Shown one piece after another: positions 37,506 to 47,590 of a stretch of 57,244 nt of DNA. The stretch is from a virus (lineage: Duplodnaviria; Caudoviricetes), in IMG/VR virus record IMGVR_UViG_3300044838_000003, positions 1-57,244 of that record. One strand, given 5' to 3'. Every line of letters begins with the position of its first letter. Position 1 is the stretch's first letter. The notes under the pieces are model-generated. The model saw only the letters and a list, made by a program, of their open reading frames with translations. It ran no database searches and had not been told where the DNA came from. Made by a program: the position numbers and the translations under genes.

Positions 37506-38399
37506 CTAGCTCGGCACGGGGCCGATCAGGTCGTTGGAGATCCAGTCGTACAGACGCCGAGTCCCCAGGTTCAGGAACGCTGCGCGGATCGGTAGAGACG
37601 AGAAGTCATCAATCGGGATTTCCACCGCGGCGTCACGAGCGATGCTCGCCTTGCTCGCGTAGCAACCCAGGTTGACTTCCTGGTCCACGAGGACCGTCAG
37701 GAAGCTCTTCTCGACGGGGGTCCAGTCTCCGGAGACACCGAACACGCCATCGGTCTCTGCGACATCTGCACCGAAGTACAGTTCCAGAGTACGGCGGTTC
37801 CACTGCTCAAGCTGAGCCTTCACCGAGTCCTCGATGGGCTGAGAGCCCCAGACCTGACGCAGACGCTGCTTTTGCCAAGAGCCCTTCATCTCAAGCTTGC
37901 CACCCTCGTAGCCAAACTCAGGAAGCTTGGTACGGCTTGAGTGGCCGAGGTTGATCCAGCCGTTGGCGGCGGTGGGCGTGGTGATCGCGACTGCTGGCGT
38001 GGTGCCACCAGTCAGGCTGGCCGCGGACCCGGTGACCACAACGGTCTCTCCGAGCAGAGCGCCAGCGAACGCGATGTCCAGCCCAGATCCGTCGCTGAGC
38101 GACGTTCCGGTGACCGTGGTGTTACCAGCCCCGACCGAGGCGAGAGCCTCGACAGCGGCCTGCACAGCGGCCTTGCTGGCGTTGTAGGCAATTCCGGCCG
38201 TGGTGTCTCCACCGACCGTCAGGGTGAACGTGCCACCCGTTGGTGTTCCGGTGATCTTGACCTTCGTGACCTGACCACCGAAGGTGGCGGCGTCGAATTC
38301 GTCAATCTCATCGGGAGTCGGTGCAACCGCTCCGAGGGTATCGTTGATGTAGAGATACCCAGTAGCGGCGACAACAACTTCGCTGTCATCGAGCGACAT
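37506..38399 (-). CDS. Major tail (tube) protein with one inserted TGG domain
   Basis: MSLDD..V.VAATGY, GW.NLGH.SR..LPEFG.EGG, KGSWQK; about 100-aa insertion. Confidence 0.92.
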   Translation of the reverse strand: MSLDDSEVVVAATGYLYINDTLGAVAPTPDEIDEFDAATFGGQVTKVKITGTPTGGTFTLTVGGDTTAGIAYNASKAAVQAAVEALASVGAGNTTVTGTSLSDGSGLDIAFAGALLGETVVVTGSAASLTGGTTPAVAITTPTAANGWINLGHSSRTKLPEFGYEGGKLEMKGSWQKQRLRQVWGSQPIEDSVKAQLEQWNRRTLELYFGADVAETDGVFGVSGDWTPVEKSFLTVLVDQEVNLGCYASKASIARDAAVEIPIDDFSSLPIRAAFLNLGTRRLYDWISNDLIGPVPS

Positions 38400-38408
38400 G
38401 CGCTCCTC

Positions 38409-38834
38409 CTAGTTTCGTGGTTTGCGCTTGACACGAGTGCCAAGCAGTATGAGGCCCTGAACTCGCCAGGAGTCCTGGAATGGTGAATCGAACTGCGTCA
38501 TGCCCATGTTCTCGTGAACGAACGAGAGCGATCCGTAGTCCGTAACTTTCTGCTTCCACCAGGCGTTATACAGCGCCTCAAGCGCATCCTGATAGAGATC
38601 CTCGGTCGAGGGCAAATCTTCCGTGGCGTACACCGTCATTTCGATGACGGGCTTTCCCAGCAGCAAAGGCTGAGATGTGGAGGCGGTGCCTCCGACACGT
38701 CGGACGTTGATCATCGGGAAGTCCCGATAGTCGATGTCCTCGACCCAGGAACCGATCTTCAGTCCTGGGTATTGGGTAAGACCATCCTGCAAGATTGGGA
38801 GGACGATCCGCTGCACGCGGGGCATCTGCGGCAT
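38409..38834 (-). CDS. Tail terminator
   Basis: MPRVQ.IVLPIL, WVEDID.R.FP..NVRRVGG, QF.SPFQDSWRVQGLI. Confidence 0.85.
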   Translation of the reverse strand: MPQMPRVQRIVLPILQDGLTQYPGLKIGSWVEDIDYRDFPMINVRRVGGTASTSQPLLLGKPVIEMTVYATEDLPSTEDLYQDALEALYNAWWKQKVTDYGSLSFVHENMGMTQFDSPFQDSWRVQGLILLGTRVKRKPRN

Positions 38835-39271
38835 TAGCCGTCCTCTCCTACCGGCCGACTGCGGCCTGTCTTGACTCGGAAGTCTCGACCCATACGCGGG
38901 CGGTTCTCCGTGCCGGCCAGATCTGCTGCCCGGTGTAGTATGTACGTGCCCGCGGGGGCTTTTGTTTTGGTTCCGGCGAAGTGGCCGGAAGGCTCGTGGC
39001 CGTACTCCAAGGCCATCGGGTTATCCCCGACCAGCGAGACGTTGTAGGAGCTGGCGGGATACTTCCCGCCGCCCTTGGTCAGCTCGATCTTGTGCGGCTT
39101 GTGAGGCACAATCCGGACGTGGTGGTGAGCGGCTGCGAGGTTCTGGTTGGCCCGGATCTCCACCGTCAGTGCTGCTTGGTGGGTAGCTCGGTCAACCTCT
39201 CCGAACCTCGCGATCGTGCCGTACATCAGGGTCCGGTTCTTACCGATACCGGTCCACTCAAACCTCGCCAC
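38834..39271 (-). CDS. Head-tail region protein (HK97 gp10-like position)
   Basis: ALEYGHEPSG.F, G.YIL; synteny. Confidence 0.75.
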   Translation of the reverse strand: MARFEWTGIGKNRTLMYGTIARFGEVDRATHQAALTVEIRANQNLAAAHHHVRIVPHKPHKIELTKGGGKYPASSYNVSLVGDNPMALEYGHEPSGHFAGTKTKAPAGTYILHRAADLAGTENRPRMGRDFRVKTGRSRPVGEDG

Positions 39272-39273
39272 GG

Positions 39274-39663
39274 CTAGTACCGGCGTATGGTGTAGATGTT
39301 GTGCCGCGTACGGCGGGAGCCGGTGTACCGGATAGCGTCACCGAAGATCTCGTACATCTTCGGCCGTGCCCTATCGTCCAGACCCCACGAGAGTCGGGCC
39401 TGAGCCCCTAGGGGGCCGTGGTCGGCCTCGAACTTCCTGGTGAACCGGACGGAGTAGACCATCTCCGTCGAGTAGCCCTCGTCGTTGCTCTCTTGGAGCC
39501 GCGAGCTGGTACCCGACTGGTTGAAGATCTGGAAACGTCCGGTGGTGGGGATGCCTGCCGCTAGGTTGGCTTTGGTGACGATGTTACCGTCAGCGTCCAT
39601 GGTGTGCATCTCCGGGTAGACGATGCAGGGCTCGTAGCCCTGACCCCGGTCTAGTAGGCTCAC
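39274..39663 (-). CDS. Head-to-tail stopper
   Basis: MSLLDRG, DADGN, GDA.RY.GSRRT.H..Y...RY. Confidence 0.85.
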   Translation of the reverse strand: MSLLDRGQGYEPCIVYPEMHTMDADGNIVTKANLAAGIPTTGRFQIFNQSGTSSRLQESNDEGYSTEMVYSVRFTRKFEADHGPLGAQARLSWGLDDRARPKMYEIFGDAIRYTGSRRTRHNIYTIRRY

Positions 39664-39705
39664 GCTAGTATCCCTTCGGGAGACGACGCTTTGATGCTAC
39701 GCATC

Positions 39706-39903
39706 TCAGATCAGATCCGACTGGGCGTTGCCCGTCTGCTCGACGTTGCCCCAGAACTCCGGTGCTGAACCGTCGAGGTTCTTGGCTCCAACGGGACCGG
39801 CGATACGCCAGTCGTGGATGCAATGGGTGGCGTTCTCGCCGCCCTCGGTGTGGTCGCACTTGGTGGCATCGACCTCGTAGGGCCCTACGATGATGACGGC
39901 CAT
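39706..39903 (-). CDS. Small hypothetical head-tail region protein
   Basis: KCDH...CIHDWRI...WGNV. Confidence 0.7.
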   Translation of the reverse strand: MAVIIVGPYEVDATKCDHTEGGENATHCIHDWRIAGPVGAKNLDGSAPEFWGNVEQTGNAQSDLI

Positions 39904-39904
39904 G

Positions 39905-40297
39905 TTAGCTCCCTGGGGCTAGGTTGGGTACCAGGACGAAGAATCCGTCCGAGTCGGTGATGCCCAGCGTGTACCAGTCCTCCGGGGGTATCTCTAGCTT
40001 GCCGCTAGCGAGGGCCTGGATGACCTGGTAGCCGTAGTTCCCGTCGTTCTCCGACAGATACCCGTCCATGTTCCGGATGATCCGGAGGACGGCATCTGAC
40101 TCGACTTGCTCTACGTCTTCGGTCTCGAACTCGTTGGCGGTGATCTGCTCAGCGATCGTGCCTACGCCCTCGTCGCGGAACCGGCGTTCGATCAGCCGTT
40201 CTACGTCTCCGAGGCGCTTGTTTATGGCGGCGGTCATGGCGTCGTCCGCGGGCTGGCCCCAGCGGTCAACCACGTCCTGCACTGTGGCGATAGCCAT
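39905..40297 (-). CDS. Head-to-tail adaptor
   Basis: AT.QDV..RW, VESDAVLR..RN.DGY.SE.DGNY.Y. Confidence 0.85.
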   Translation of the reverse strand: MAIATVQDVVDRWGQPADDAMTAAINKRLGDVERLIERRFRDEGVGTIAEQITANEFETEDVEQVESDAVLRIIRNMDGYLSENDGNYGYQVIQALASGKLEIPPEDWYTLGITDSDGFFVLVPNLAPGS

Positions 40298-40369
40298 TCG
40301 CTCTCTCCTAAGTTTGGACCCGGCCCGAGGCGCCCGAAGGCGCCCCGGAGCGGGGTGAAGCAGTTGGAA

Positions 40370-41554
40370 CTACGCAGCCGCAACCACGGCGTGAGGTGAA
40401 GTTCCACCGGTCAGGGTGTTGTCCACGCCGAGCGAGATGGTCGCAGGCGACACGATGAGCCCGGAGGTCACGGTAACGTCGGCAGCGAGGATGCTGTCGT
40501 CCACGGCGACGATCGCGGCCTTGATGGCAGCGTCGTTCGCGTTGAAGGCGATCGCGGCAGTCGAGACGCCGTTTACCTTCAGGGTGTAGGTACCACCGGT
40601 CGGTGCGCCAGTGATCGTGAGCTGGTAGCTCAGCGGTCCATCGACCAGCTTGTAGAACGCGGCAACGTCGTTGATGAGCAAACCGAACTCAGCTTCGACC
40701 AGGACCGCGACCAAGTTGTGCTGCCAGAGCGAGATGAACTCGGGGGTGTCGAGAGTCCCGAAGTTCAGGGTGGCCTGATCGGAGACCGAGTAGCTAAGCC
40801 CGCCGACCTGTCCCCAGACGATCTGGTTGAAGTCACCAGCGAAGCCCAGGACGTTGCCAGAGGCAACGGTCTCGGCCAAGATGGACGGACGGCCGACGAT
40901 GCGGCCTTCGCGGTTGACAGGGTTCTCCTGCGAGAACGGGCTGTCAATCCACAGAGGGCGACCGTTGTTGTCGTAGGACCCGTTCAGGATCGGCTCAACG
41001 GTATCGTCCAGCAGAGTCGCGGTCCACTTCTTGTGGTCATCAGCAAGGGCCCGTAGACCGCGCACCGCGGTGGCGTCGTACAGGTTGTTGTTGATGGCGA
41101 CCGTCTTCGTGGTCTCCGCGAGGTAGTGAGCGAACGGGCTGTCCACGCCGTACAGAACGGCCTGGTCGAATGCCTGACCGATCGCCGTGGCGACCTTGGT
41201 CCGCATGACGTTCAGGTAGTTGGCAGGGTTCGCCCGCACAACTTCCGAGGACGCCGTGAAGATGGTGGCAATCTTGTGGGGGACCACAGTCTGCTTGCCG
41301 AAGTTACCCTTGGTGAGGGGCTTCATTTCACCTTCGCCGACCCATCCGGCACTGACATCGCCAGTCCAGTGGGGGATCTTGACGCCTGTAGCGCCCATCG
41401 GGATCTTGCGAGCGAAACGCTGCACGATCGAGGTCTTCTCCGCGAGAGCGAAGTAGTCCTGCGCCTGCTCGGGGTCGAGGTAGCCCTCGAACATCGTATC
41501 CCCAGTCTGGGCGATACGGCTGTCGTTGGCACCGGCCAAGTGTCCGGTTGTCAT
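40370..41554 (-). CDS. Major capsid protein (HK97 fold) with a C-terminal TGG-domain extension
   Basis: AEKTSIVQ, WVGEGEMKP, PHKIA, LWQHNLVAV..EAE.G; extra about 85 aa at the C-terminus. Confidence 0.95.
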   Translation of the reverse strand: MTTGHLAGANDSRIAQTGDTMFEGYLDPEQAQDYFALAEKTSIVQRFARKIPMGATGVKIPHWTGDVSAGWVGEGEMKPLTKGNFGKQTVVPHKIATIFTASSEVVRANPANYLNVMRTKVATAIGQAFDQAVLYGVDSPFAHYLAETTKTVAINNNLYDATAVRGLRALADDHKKWTATLLDDTVEPILNGSYDNNGRPLWIDSPFSQENPVNREGRIVGRPSILAETVASGNVLGFAGDFNQIVWGQVGGLSYSVSDQATLNFGTLDTPEFISLWQHNLVAVLVEAEFGLLINDVAAFYKLVDGPLSYQLTITGAPTGGTYTLKVNGVSTAAIAFNANDAAIKAAIVAVDDSILAADVTVTSGLIVSPATISLGVDNTLTGGTSPHAVVAAA

Positions 41555-41582
41555 GTAGTTCTCCTAGTTTGAGAGTGGTTGG

Positions 41583-42104
41583 TTAGCGGCGATTCGCTGC
41601 GGCGGTCAGAGCGACCAGCAGCGGATCTTGAGCCGGGTTAGCGAGTCCGCGCTGTCCCGAGCCCTGGGTGGGGTCCGTAGCACCGACCTGCACCGTTCCG
41701 GTCAGGCCGAAGAGGGCCTTGAGGCTCTCCGCGCTGGCCTTGATGGATGCGGGGTCAACACCCTGCACGGCACCAGCGAACGAGGAGACCTGAGCGGCCT
41801 TCTCTTCTCCGATGATCGCCACGAGAGCTGCTTCCAGCTTCGCAGCACCGACCCACGCGCTGCCGAGGTCATCCTGAAGCCGGGTGGCGTCAGCCTTGGC
41901 CGCGTCGATCACGGGCTGGACTTCGCCGAGGACCGCGGTGCGGACCGATTCGGCGGCGTCCCGCGCCTTGATGCGGGCTTCTGCATTCTCCGCGCGTAGT
42001 TCCTTCACGTAAGAGAGAGGGAACAGTTCCTCAGAGGTTCCCGCCGGGGGAGCTGCTGGGGGTGTAACGCCGAGGGTGCTGGTTGTGTCTGGTGCTTCGG
42101 TCAT
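41583..42104 (-). CDS. Scaffolding protein
   Basis: YVKELRAENAEAR, ATDPTQG; directly upstream of the capsid. Confidence 0.85.
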   Translation of the reverse strand: MTEAPDTTSTLGVTPPAAPPAGTSEELFPLSYVKELRAENAEARIKARDAAESVRTAVLGEVQPVIDAAKADATRLQDDLGSAWVGAAKLEAALVAIIGEEKAAQVSSFAGAVQGVDPASIKASAESLKALFGLTGTVQVGATDPTQGSGQRGLANPAQDPLLVALTAAANRR

Positions 42105-42150
42105 TATTTCGACTCCTGGTCGGTTGGAGCCCACCGGGGGCTCTTCGGGG

Positions 42151-43170
42151 TTAACTCGCTAGCCGTAGGCCGGCGAATTCTTGGGGGGAGATGGCGCCGG
42201 TATTTAGCTGGCGCCGCAGCGCGTTTATAGCGCGCTGGTTGCGGGAAACAATTTGCCCTTTGTTCTTGCCCGCGGTGTAAACTCGGTCGGGATTGTCTTC
42301 GAGGTCGGCGTCAGCCGCCTTGGAAGCTTCGATCCACAACTCCTCGGCACGCTGCTGGGCACGTTCCCCAGACCACGCACGCTGCTTGAATACGGGGACC
42401 ACGATGCAGTCACACCCGTCGTGCCACTCTTCCATAGCTCCGGAGATGTCCTCACCGGCTGCCGTCAGGTTGATGGCGTTGAGGTCGTCTAGGTCTAGGC
42501 CCGCGTTCTCCGCTGAGCGGTAGACCGGCCCTCTTGAGACGAGCATCAGACACCAAGCGCAGGTTTCCCTGCCCGTAGCGACCCGAGCCCAGCCGCGGAT
42601 GTTCTCAACGGTGTCGCCCTGGCCCCCAGTCGCCTCCTGCGCGGTTTTCACCAGTTGCAGGGGTGGACGGGCCACCGGCACGTCTTTAAGCTCTGAGGCG
42701 GGCGCTGAGGCGATGTTTACGAGCTGAGCCACGCTGGCGTGGATCTCGTCTATGATCGGGTCGTTGTCCACCATGTGGATGATCTGCTGGCGTCCCGCGT
42801 TGCCCACCTCCCGAGCTGTCCGGAGAGCGAGGGTCTGTACCGCGTGTTGCGGGGAGTCCTGCTGGGACAGCTTCAGGCGGGCGGGTTCCATGTTGCTGAC
42901 GAACTCAGCCCAGTCCGTACCCTCCAACGGTCTGAGATTTACCGGTAGGGAAGGGTAGGACAGGTGACGCTGAGAGTCGTAGAACTGGCGGGCCAACCTA
43001 GCCGAGCCGTCCCGGTGCGATTGCACGATGGGGAACAGCGTCCGGAGGAGGCCCATCCAGTCCTGGGGGGATAGAGCGGGTCGGGTGACCAGCGATCCGA
43101 GCTGAAGAGTAGATGAGATCATCTGCTGTACGATGACTAGCTGAGCCGCGTCATACTCTTCGGGGTTCAC
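42151..43170 (-). CDS. Capsid maturation protease / MuF-like protein (L5 gp15-like)
   Basis: GWARVATGRETCAWCLMLVSRGPVY, WHDGCDC. Confidence 0.85.
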   Translation of the reverse strand: MNPEEYDAAQLVIVQQMISSTLQLGSLVTRPALSPQDWMGLLRTLFPIVQSHRDGSARLARQFYDSQRHLSYPSLPVNLRPLEGTDWAEFVSNMEPARLKLSQQDSPQHAVQTLALRTAREVGNAGRQQIIHMVDNDPIIDEIHASVAQLVNIASAPASELKDVPVARPPLQLVKTAQEATGGQGDTVENIRGWARVATGRETCAWCLMLVSRGPVYRSAENAGLDLDDLNAINLTAAGEDISGAMEEWHDGCDCIVVPVFKQRAWSGERAQQRAEELWIEASKAADADLEDNPDRVYTAGKNKGQIVSRNQRAINALRRQLNTGAISPQEFAGLRLAS

Positions 43171-44840
43171 TTCTTGGCGCCCTTACTGGGAGGCGGGGAT
43201 GCCGCCTTAGCGTCCGCGGCTGCTTGGGCTGCCTGGGCGCTTTGGTGAGCGCCTACTGCTGCCGTCGCGTCAGCCTTGTTGGCGGGATTGCCACCGGTCG
43301 GGGCTGAGCCTGGTGCGAACGCTCCCAGCAAGTTCTGGGCGTCCTGTCGGTCGAACTCCTGCATCATCAGCCGAGCCTCGACGGAGTAGCCCATGTCGAT
43401 ACGAGCCTGTTCCTTCGGGATCGGACCCATGCCGTTCGCGTAGAGCTTGGTCGCGCCGTCTGCCTTAGCGGCATACGTCGGGGTGCTCGGGTCGGCCCAC
43501 AGCATCTCTAGCCGGTACAAACCGGGGTCGATGCTCTGTAGCCCGCCGCCCATGACGGCGGTGGCGATACGCATAGCCTGCTCCCAAGCGCCTCCGAAGA
43601 GGACGTTCTTACGCTCACACAGCTTGACCAGACGGGCTTCGGACGCCTTGATTGCTTCGGCGCTGGCCGGGTTCTGGCTGCTGTAGCTGAGGTACTGAGG
43701 GGGCAAGCCTGTGTAGGCTGCCGTCTTCTTGTCGATGGCATCTAGTGCCGCGACGAAGTTCATCAGCTCGGCAGCCGAGAACTGGCCTGCCTTGCCGTTG
43801 GGGTCCTTGAACGCGAGGATGCGACCGAGGTACGCATCCCAGTTCTTCAGGCCGGTCTCGGGGTCCACGCCGACCTCCGCGGCGTTCACGCCGAAGAAGT
43901 ACCGCTGCGGTACCGCGAGGATCTCCGCGGCGCCCTGCATGTCCATCATAATCCGGGCAGCGGCGTCGGTAGCCGAGCGCAGCTCGGGGGTGATCTGGGA
44001 AGTGCCCAGTGTGTCGGAGAGCAGGGTGCGGTTGGTGATCGGGACCACCGGTACCACGCCGAGGTTGTGGGGGATCGTCTGTAGGATGGCGAACTGGTTT
44101 TCCTGCTTGATCCACACGGTGGTGGAGAGCGGGAGGTACAGTGTCGCCGAGACTACGTTCGATCCGGTGTCGTCGTAGATGACCCGGATAGCCTGACGCA
44201 CCGCGCCCGTGCGGGGCTCGGTGATAGCGAACAGGGTGTTGGCCGACTCGACCTTGATGATCGGTACGGTCGGGTCCCAAAACACGTCTACCGCGGGGTC
44301 AGCCTGCGAGATCGTGATGTAGGCCCGTCCGTGGACTAGGGCCTCGGTGTGGCCGAGTACGGAGTACACGTCGAGGTCGTTGTACTGCCACCAGTCCCAC
44401 AGGACGCTGGCCGGGTCGGTCGCTGCTCCGGTCGTGGACGGGGGGCTACCGGCCGCAGGCGGCGTGGTGCTACTCGCACCAGCAGCGGGGCTGGTGCTCA
44501 CCGTGGTCGCCGTCTGGGCGGCTGCCTGCATCGTCTTGACCCGGAAGCCCTGGGCCTCCTGGCGCTCAGCGATCGAGTCCACGTAGAGACGCGGGTATCC
44601 TACGTTCGCGAGCAGCTTCCGCATAGCGGGAGGTACCGCCAGCCCGATGGCATCCGGCCGCTTCTCGGCGTTGTAGTAGTCGAGGTTGTCCTTCAGCGAC
44701 GAGATGTTCTGCTCGAACAGGTTGATCATGTCGTCGCGGGTGGCCTCGATGTCCGTCGAGATGGAGCCGTCTTGCAGGTACCCGACCGGGGCCGGCTGGA
44801 TGGTGGCGGTCGAACCGCCGCCTCCACTTGGGGAAGTCAT
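43167..44840 (-). CDS. Portal protein
   Basis: GYPRLYVD.IAER, HGRAYI, HNLGVVPVVP, W.DPSTPT. Confidence 0.95.
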   Translation of the reverse strand: MTSPSGGGGSTATIQPAPVGYLQDGSISTDIEATRDDMINLFEQNISSLKDNLDYYNAEKRPDAIGLAVPPAMRKLLANVGYPRLYVDSIAERQEAQGFRVKTMQAAAQTATTVSTSPAAGASSTTPPAAGSPPSTTGAATDPASVLWDWWQYNDLDVYSVLGHTEALVHGRAYITISQADPAVDVFWDPTVPIIKVESANTLFAITEPRTGAVRQAIRVIYDDTGSNVVSATLYLPLSTTVWIKQENQFAILQTIPHNLGVVPVVPITNRTLLSDTLGTSQITPELRSATDAAARIMMDMQGAAEILAVPQRYFFGVNAAEVGVDPETGLKNWDAYLGRILAFKDPNGKAGQFSAAELMNFVAALDAIDKKTAAYTGLPPQYLSYSSQNPASAEAIKASEARLVKLCERKNVLFGGAWEQAMRIATAVMGGGLQSIDPGLYRLEMLWADPSTPTYAAKADGATKLYANGMGPIPKEQARIDMGYSVEARLMMQEFDRQDAQNLLGAFAPGSAPTGGNPANKADATAAVGAHQSAQAAQAAADAKAASPPPSKGAKK

Positions 44841-46525
44841 CGGATGATCACCACCCCGTCGCCTCGGTTGTTCTTGCTCATCAGGTAATCCTGTCTGCTA
44901 CCGAAGGCGAGCACGGCGCACACCGCCGCGTCGATCTTGCGGGAGGAGTCCTTCGTGGCCTTGCGTATGGCTACTGCATCGTAGGTTGTCATGTGCATCT
45001 TGGCGTTGGTGACGTGCTGCTTCAGCGTCGGGTTACCGTCGTGGGAGACTGTCCGCTCGATAACCGCGTCGTGGAACTTCTCGCAGTTCAGGGCGAACGT
45101 CTTCTGGTTGCCTCGCATGTCGAACGCGACGGGGTTGGCTGGGGACGCGTTCACCTTGAGGTCGAGCCTGAATAGCTCGCCCCACTGGTCAACGTATGCC
45201 TCGAACTCCTTCACGTCGGCGCGGAAGCCGACTACCTCGTACTTGTCCTTGGTGTTGCGAACCACCGCGTCAACCTGCTCGCGGTCGATCTCACCGGACG
45301 GGGTGTCCTTTGGATTCCACACCCCGAGGACGAACAGCATCCCGTCGCTCACGCGGCAGGCTACTAGAGCGGTCCAGTCGTTGGACTTGCTGCCGTCGAA
45401 GCCTAGGGTGATCTTCTCGCCCTTTTGCAGGACGGGCTGGTCTCCCTCGAATGCACATAGGTTCCACTGCTGTGGGCTGATCCACGAGTCCTCGGACGCG
45501 TTGATCTGGTTCAGGAACTTGCGTCGGGATTCGGTGATCGGGTTCCTGGTATCCAGTATGAGCTGGACGATGGTGTCGATGGGCAGCCAGTAGGAGTCGC
45601 CGCGGGCGATGACTACGCCCTCGCGGAGCTTCTTTACTCCCAGCTCGTGGCCTTCGGGGTCCTCCTTTAGGGAGGGAATCTCCGAGACCGGGGTGTCTGC
45701 TGGCGCTTCCAGCGCGTCGTACAGGATGCCGGTATCGACGGCTTTGCCGCCCATGACATCCTGGTAGTTGTCCCACGCTGCCTCCGCTACCGATTCGGTA
45801 CCGGGGATGTGGGCGTTGAAAATCGAAAGCGAACGGGCGTGGGGCGTCTTACCGAGGTTACCGGTGATGACAGCCGCCATCTCGTGCCCGTCGTTCGCCT
45901 CCCCTCCGGGTCCGCGACCCCACCACTGGATCTCGTTTTGGATCACGAAGGTCGGGCGGTTGCCCTCCATGCTCGCGGGGGAGCTGGTCACGGCTTCGAT
46001 GACCCCGCCATCGCTGGCGTAGATGACGAACTTGTTCACGTCGAGGTTGTAATCCCGCTTGAGTGCCTGCGAGATCATAATCGGGAACAAGCGGAACGTG
46101 TTCTTGGTTTGGTCCTGACTGACCGCCGCGATCTGAACCCACGCGGCGTGGCGGCGCTTACCAACGGGCGAACCGTCAGCGCCCCAGTGTGAGAAGGCTA
46201 CCGGGCCGACCAGCTCAGCGAGAGCTAGAGCGGCGGCGAACGGGTCCTTCCCCCAGCCCTTCAGGCGTCGGAGCATCCCCTCGCGGTACGTGTAGTTGCC
46301 ATCGGCGTCTACAGCGTACCACCAGAGGGTGAAGCGGGCCTGCTCTAGCGTGGGCATGAAGCCCTCGCCGGCGTGCTCGCCTCCGGGCGTCCGAACGTAT
46401 GTTGCCCACCAGTCTAGGATTCCCCACCCGAGTGAGAACTCGGGGAGGAACCAATGTCCGTCCAGGGTGCGAGCCCACGTTGGGCCTATTACGTGCGGGG
46501 GTGAGACTCGCAATTCCTGGGACAC
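44837..46525 (-). CDS. terL: Terminase large subunit
   Basis: RLKGWGKDP, AVSQDQT, LGFDGS..NDWTA, RKIDAAV. Confidence 0.96.
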   Translation of the reverse strand: MSQELRVSPPHVIGPTWARTLDGHWFLPEFSLGWGILDWWATYVRTPGGEHAGEGFMPTLEQARFTLWWYAVDADGNYTYREGMLRRLKGWGKDPFAAALALAELVGPVAFSHWGADGSPVGKRRHAAWVQIAAVSQDQTKNTFRLFPIMISQALKRDYNLDVNKFVIYASDGGVIEAVTSSPASMEGNRPTFVIQNEIQWWGRGPGGEANDGHEMAAVITGNLGKTPHARSLSIFNAHIPGTESVAEAAWDNYQDVMGGKAVDTGILYDALEAPADTPVSEIPSLKEDPEGHELGVKKLREGVVIARGDSYWLPIDTIVQLILDTRNPITESRRKFLNQINASEDSWISPQQWNLCAFEGDQPVLQKGEKITLGFDGSKSNDWTALVACRVSDGMLFVLGVWNPKDTPSGEIDREQVDAVVRNTKDKYEVVGFRADVKEFEAYVDQWGELFRLDLKVNASPANPVAFDMRGNQKTFALNCEKFHDAVIERTVSHDGNPTLKQHVTNAKMHMTTYDAVAIRKATKDSSRKIDAAVCAVLAFGSRQDYLMSKNNRGDGVVIIR

Positions 46526-46540
46526 CGTGAGCCTCCTGGG

Positions 46541-47590
46541 CTAGGGTAGAATACCCCGTAGCCAGTTGAGACCTCCGTCGATGTTGAACGGACTGTAGTG
46601 GGGGTTGTTGCCCTGCTGAGCGAGGAAGCCGATACCCGACACGATCGCCAGGAATGCGGCCCACACGAAGTCCAGCGGGACAACGAATGCTGAGGCGATC
46701 TGCGCCACCAGCGACGTGGGGTTGGAGAAGAGGTCAAATCGAGCTACAGCCTGGTAGATCGCGGCCTTGACCTGGCCTTCTTTGTTGGGCTCGTTGTCTG
46801 AGAAGATGTCCCCCTTGCGGTAGACATCCTCGATGAGGTAGGGCGGGAGGACCGGGTTATTGGGTAGCCCGAACCCTCGTAGAGGGTCCAGTCCACCATT
46901 CGTGATTGGACCACCCTGTCCGATCGACCAAGGAGCAACAGAACCACGCTGACGAGTAGGGTTGCCATAGGCTAGCCTCCCGAGGATGTCGGGCGTACGC
47001 CAAGCCAACTCCTGTCCGGGCATGAGGTACTGCGTGGTGAAGTCGTAGACGACGATGCCGCCCTGACTGAAGTCCGCGAGGACGCTCTTCTTGCCGCGGG
47101 GGAACGGGGTGCCGTCATCAAGACGGTCGCTCCGGTAGAACCGCGCCAGCTCATCTACACCGGACTGATTATCAAACGGCATCGCGCCGTTGTTGTAGCC
47201 GGTGGGCTGGTGGTGCAGACGCTTCTCGTTAGCGAGAATCGTGAGCGTATCGGCCGCGGGGCCGCGCCACATGTCCGACATGTGGCCTTCGACCGAGAAT
47301 CCGATGACCGCGGGCTCGACCGGCTTGGGGGCGACCTTGACATAGCCCAGAGCTACCTGGGTGTCGTAGTTCAGCACACCGTTGGCTTGGCCGTGGTACT
47401 TGCCGCTCGCGATCAGGTTCCGCTGTAGCTGGGCTACGGTATCGGCGGTAAACTGGTCGTACGTCCCAGTAGCCACAAGGCTACCGGCTGTTGCATGGTA
47501 GGTTCGGGCGAGGAACTTTTGGATGTCGGCAACCTTGGGGTCAACGTCTCCGAGACCCCATCCGACCCACTTGCCGGTTGCGTCCTTCAA
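46541..47590 (-). CDS. lysB: Lysin B (peptidoglycan-binding domain plus cutinase-like esterase)
   Basis: N-terminal PG-binding helices; DFSQG nucleophile elbow, YGNPTR, GDIFS, PHYSP. Confidence 0.85.
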   Translation of the reverse strand: MKDATGKWVGWGLGDVDPKVADIQKFLARTYHATAGSLVATGTYDQFTADTVAQLQRNLIASGKYHGQANGVLNYDTQVALGYVKVAPKPVEPAVIGFSVEGHMSDMWRGPAADTLTILANEKRLHHQPTGYNNGAMPFDNQSGVDELARFYRSDRLDDGTPFPRGKKSVLADFSQGGIVVYDFTTQYLMPGQELAWRTPDILGRLAYGNPTRQRGSVAPWSIGQGGPITNGGLDPLRGFGLPNNPVLPPYLIEDVYRKGDIFSDNEPNKEGQVKAAIYQAVARFDLFSNPTSLVAQIASAFVVPLDFVWAAFLAIVSGIGFLAQQGNNPHYSPFNIDGGLNWLRGILP

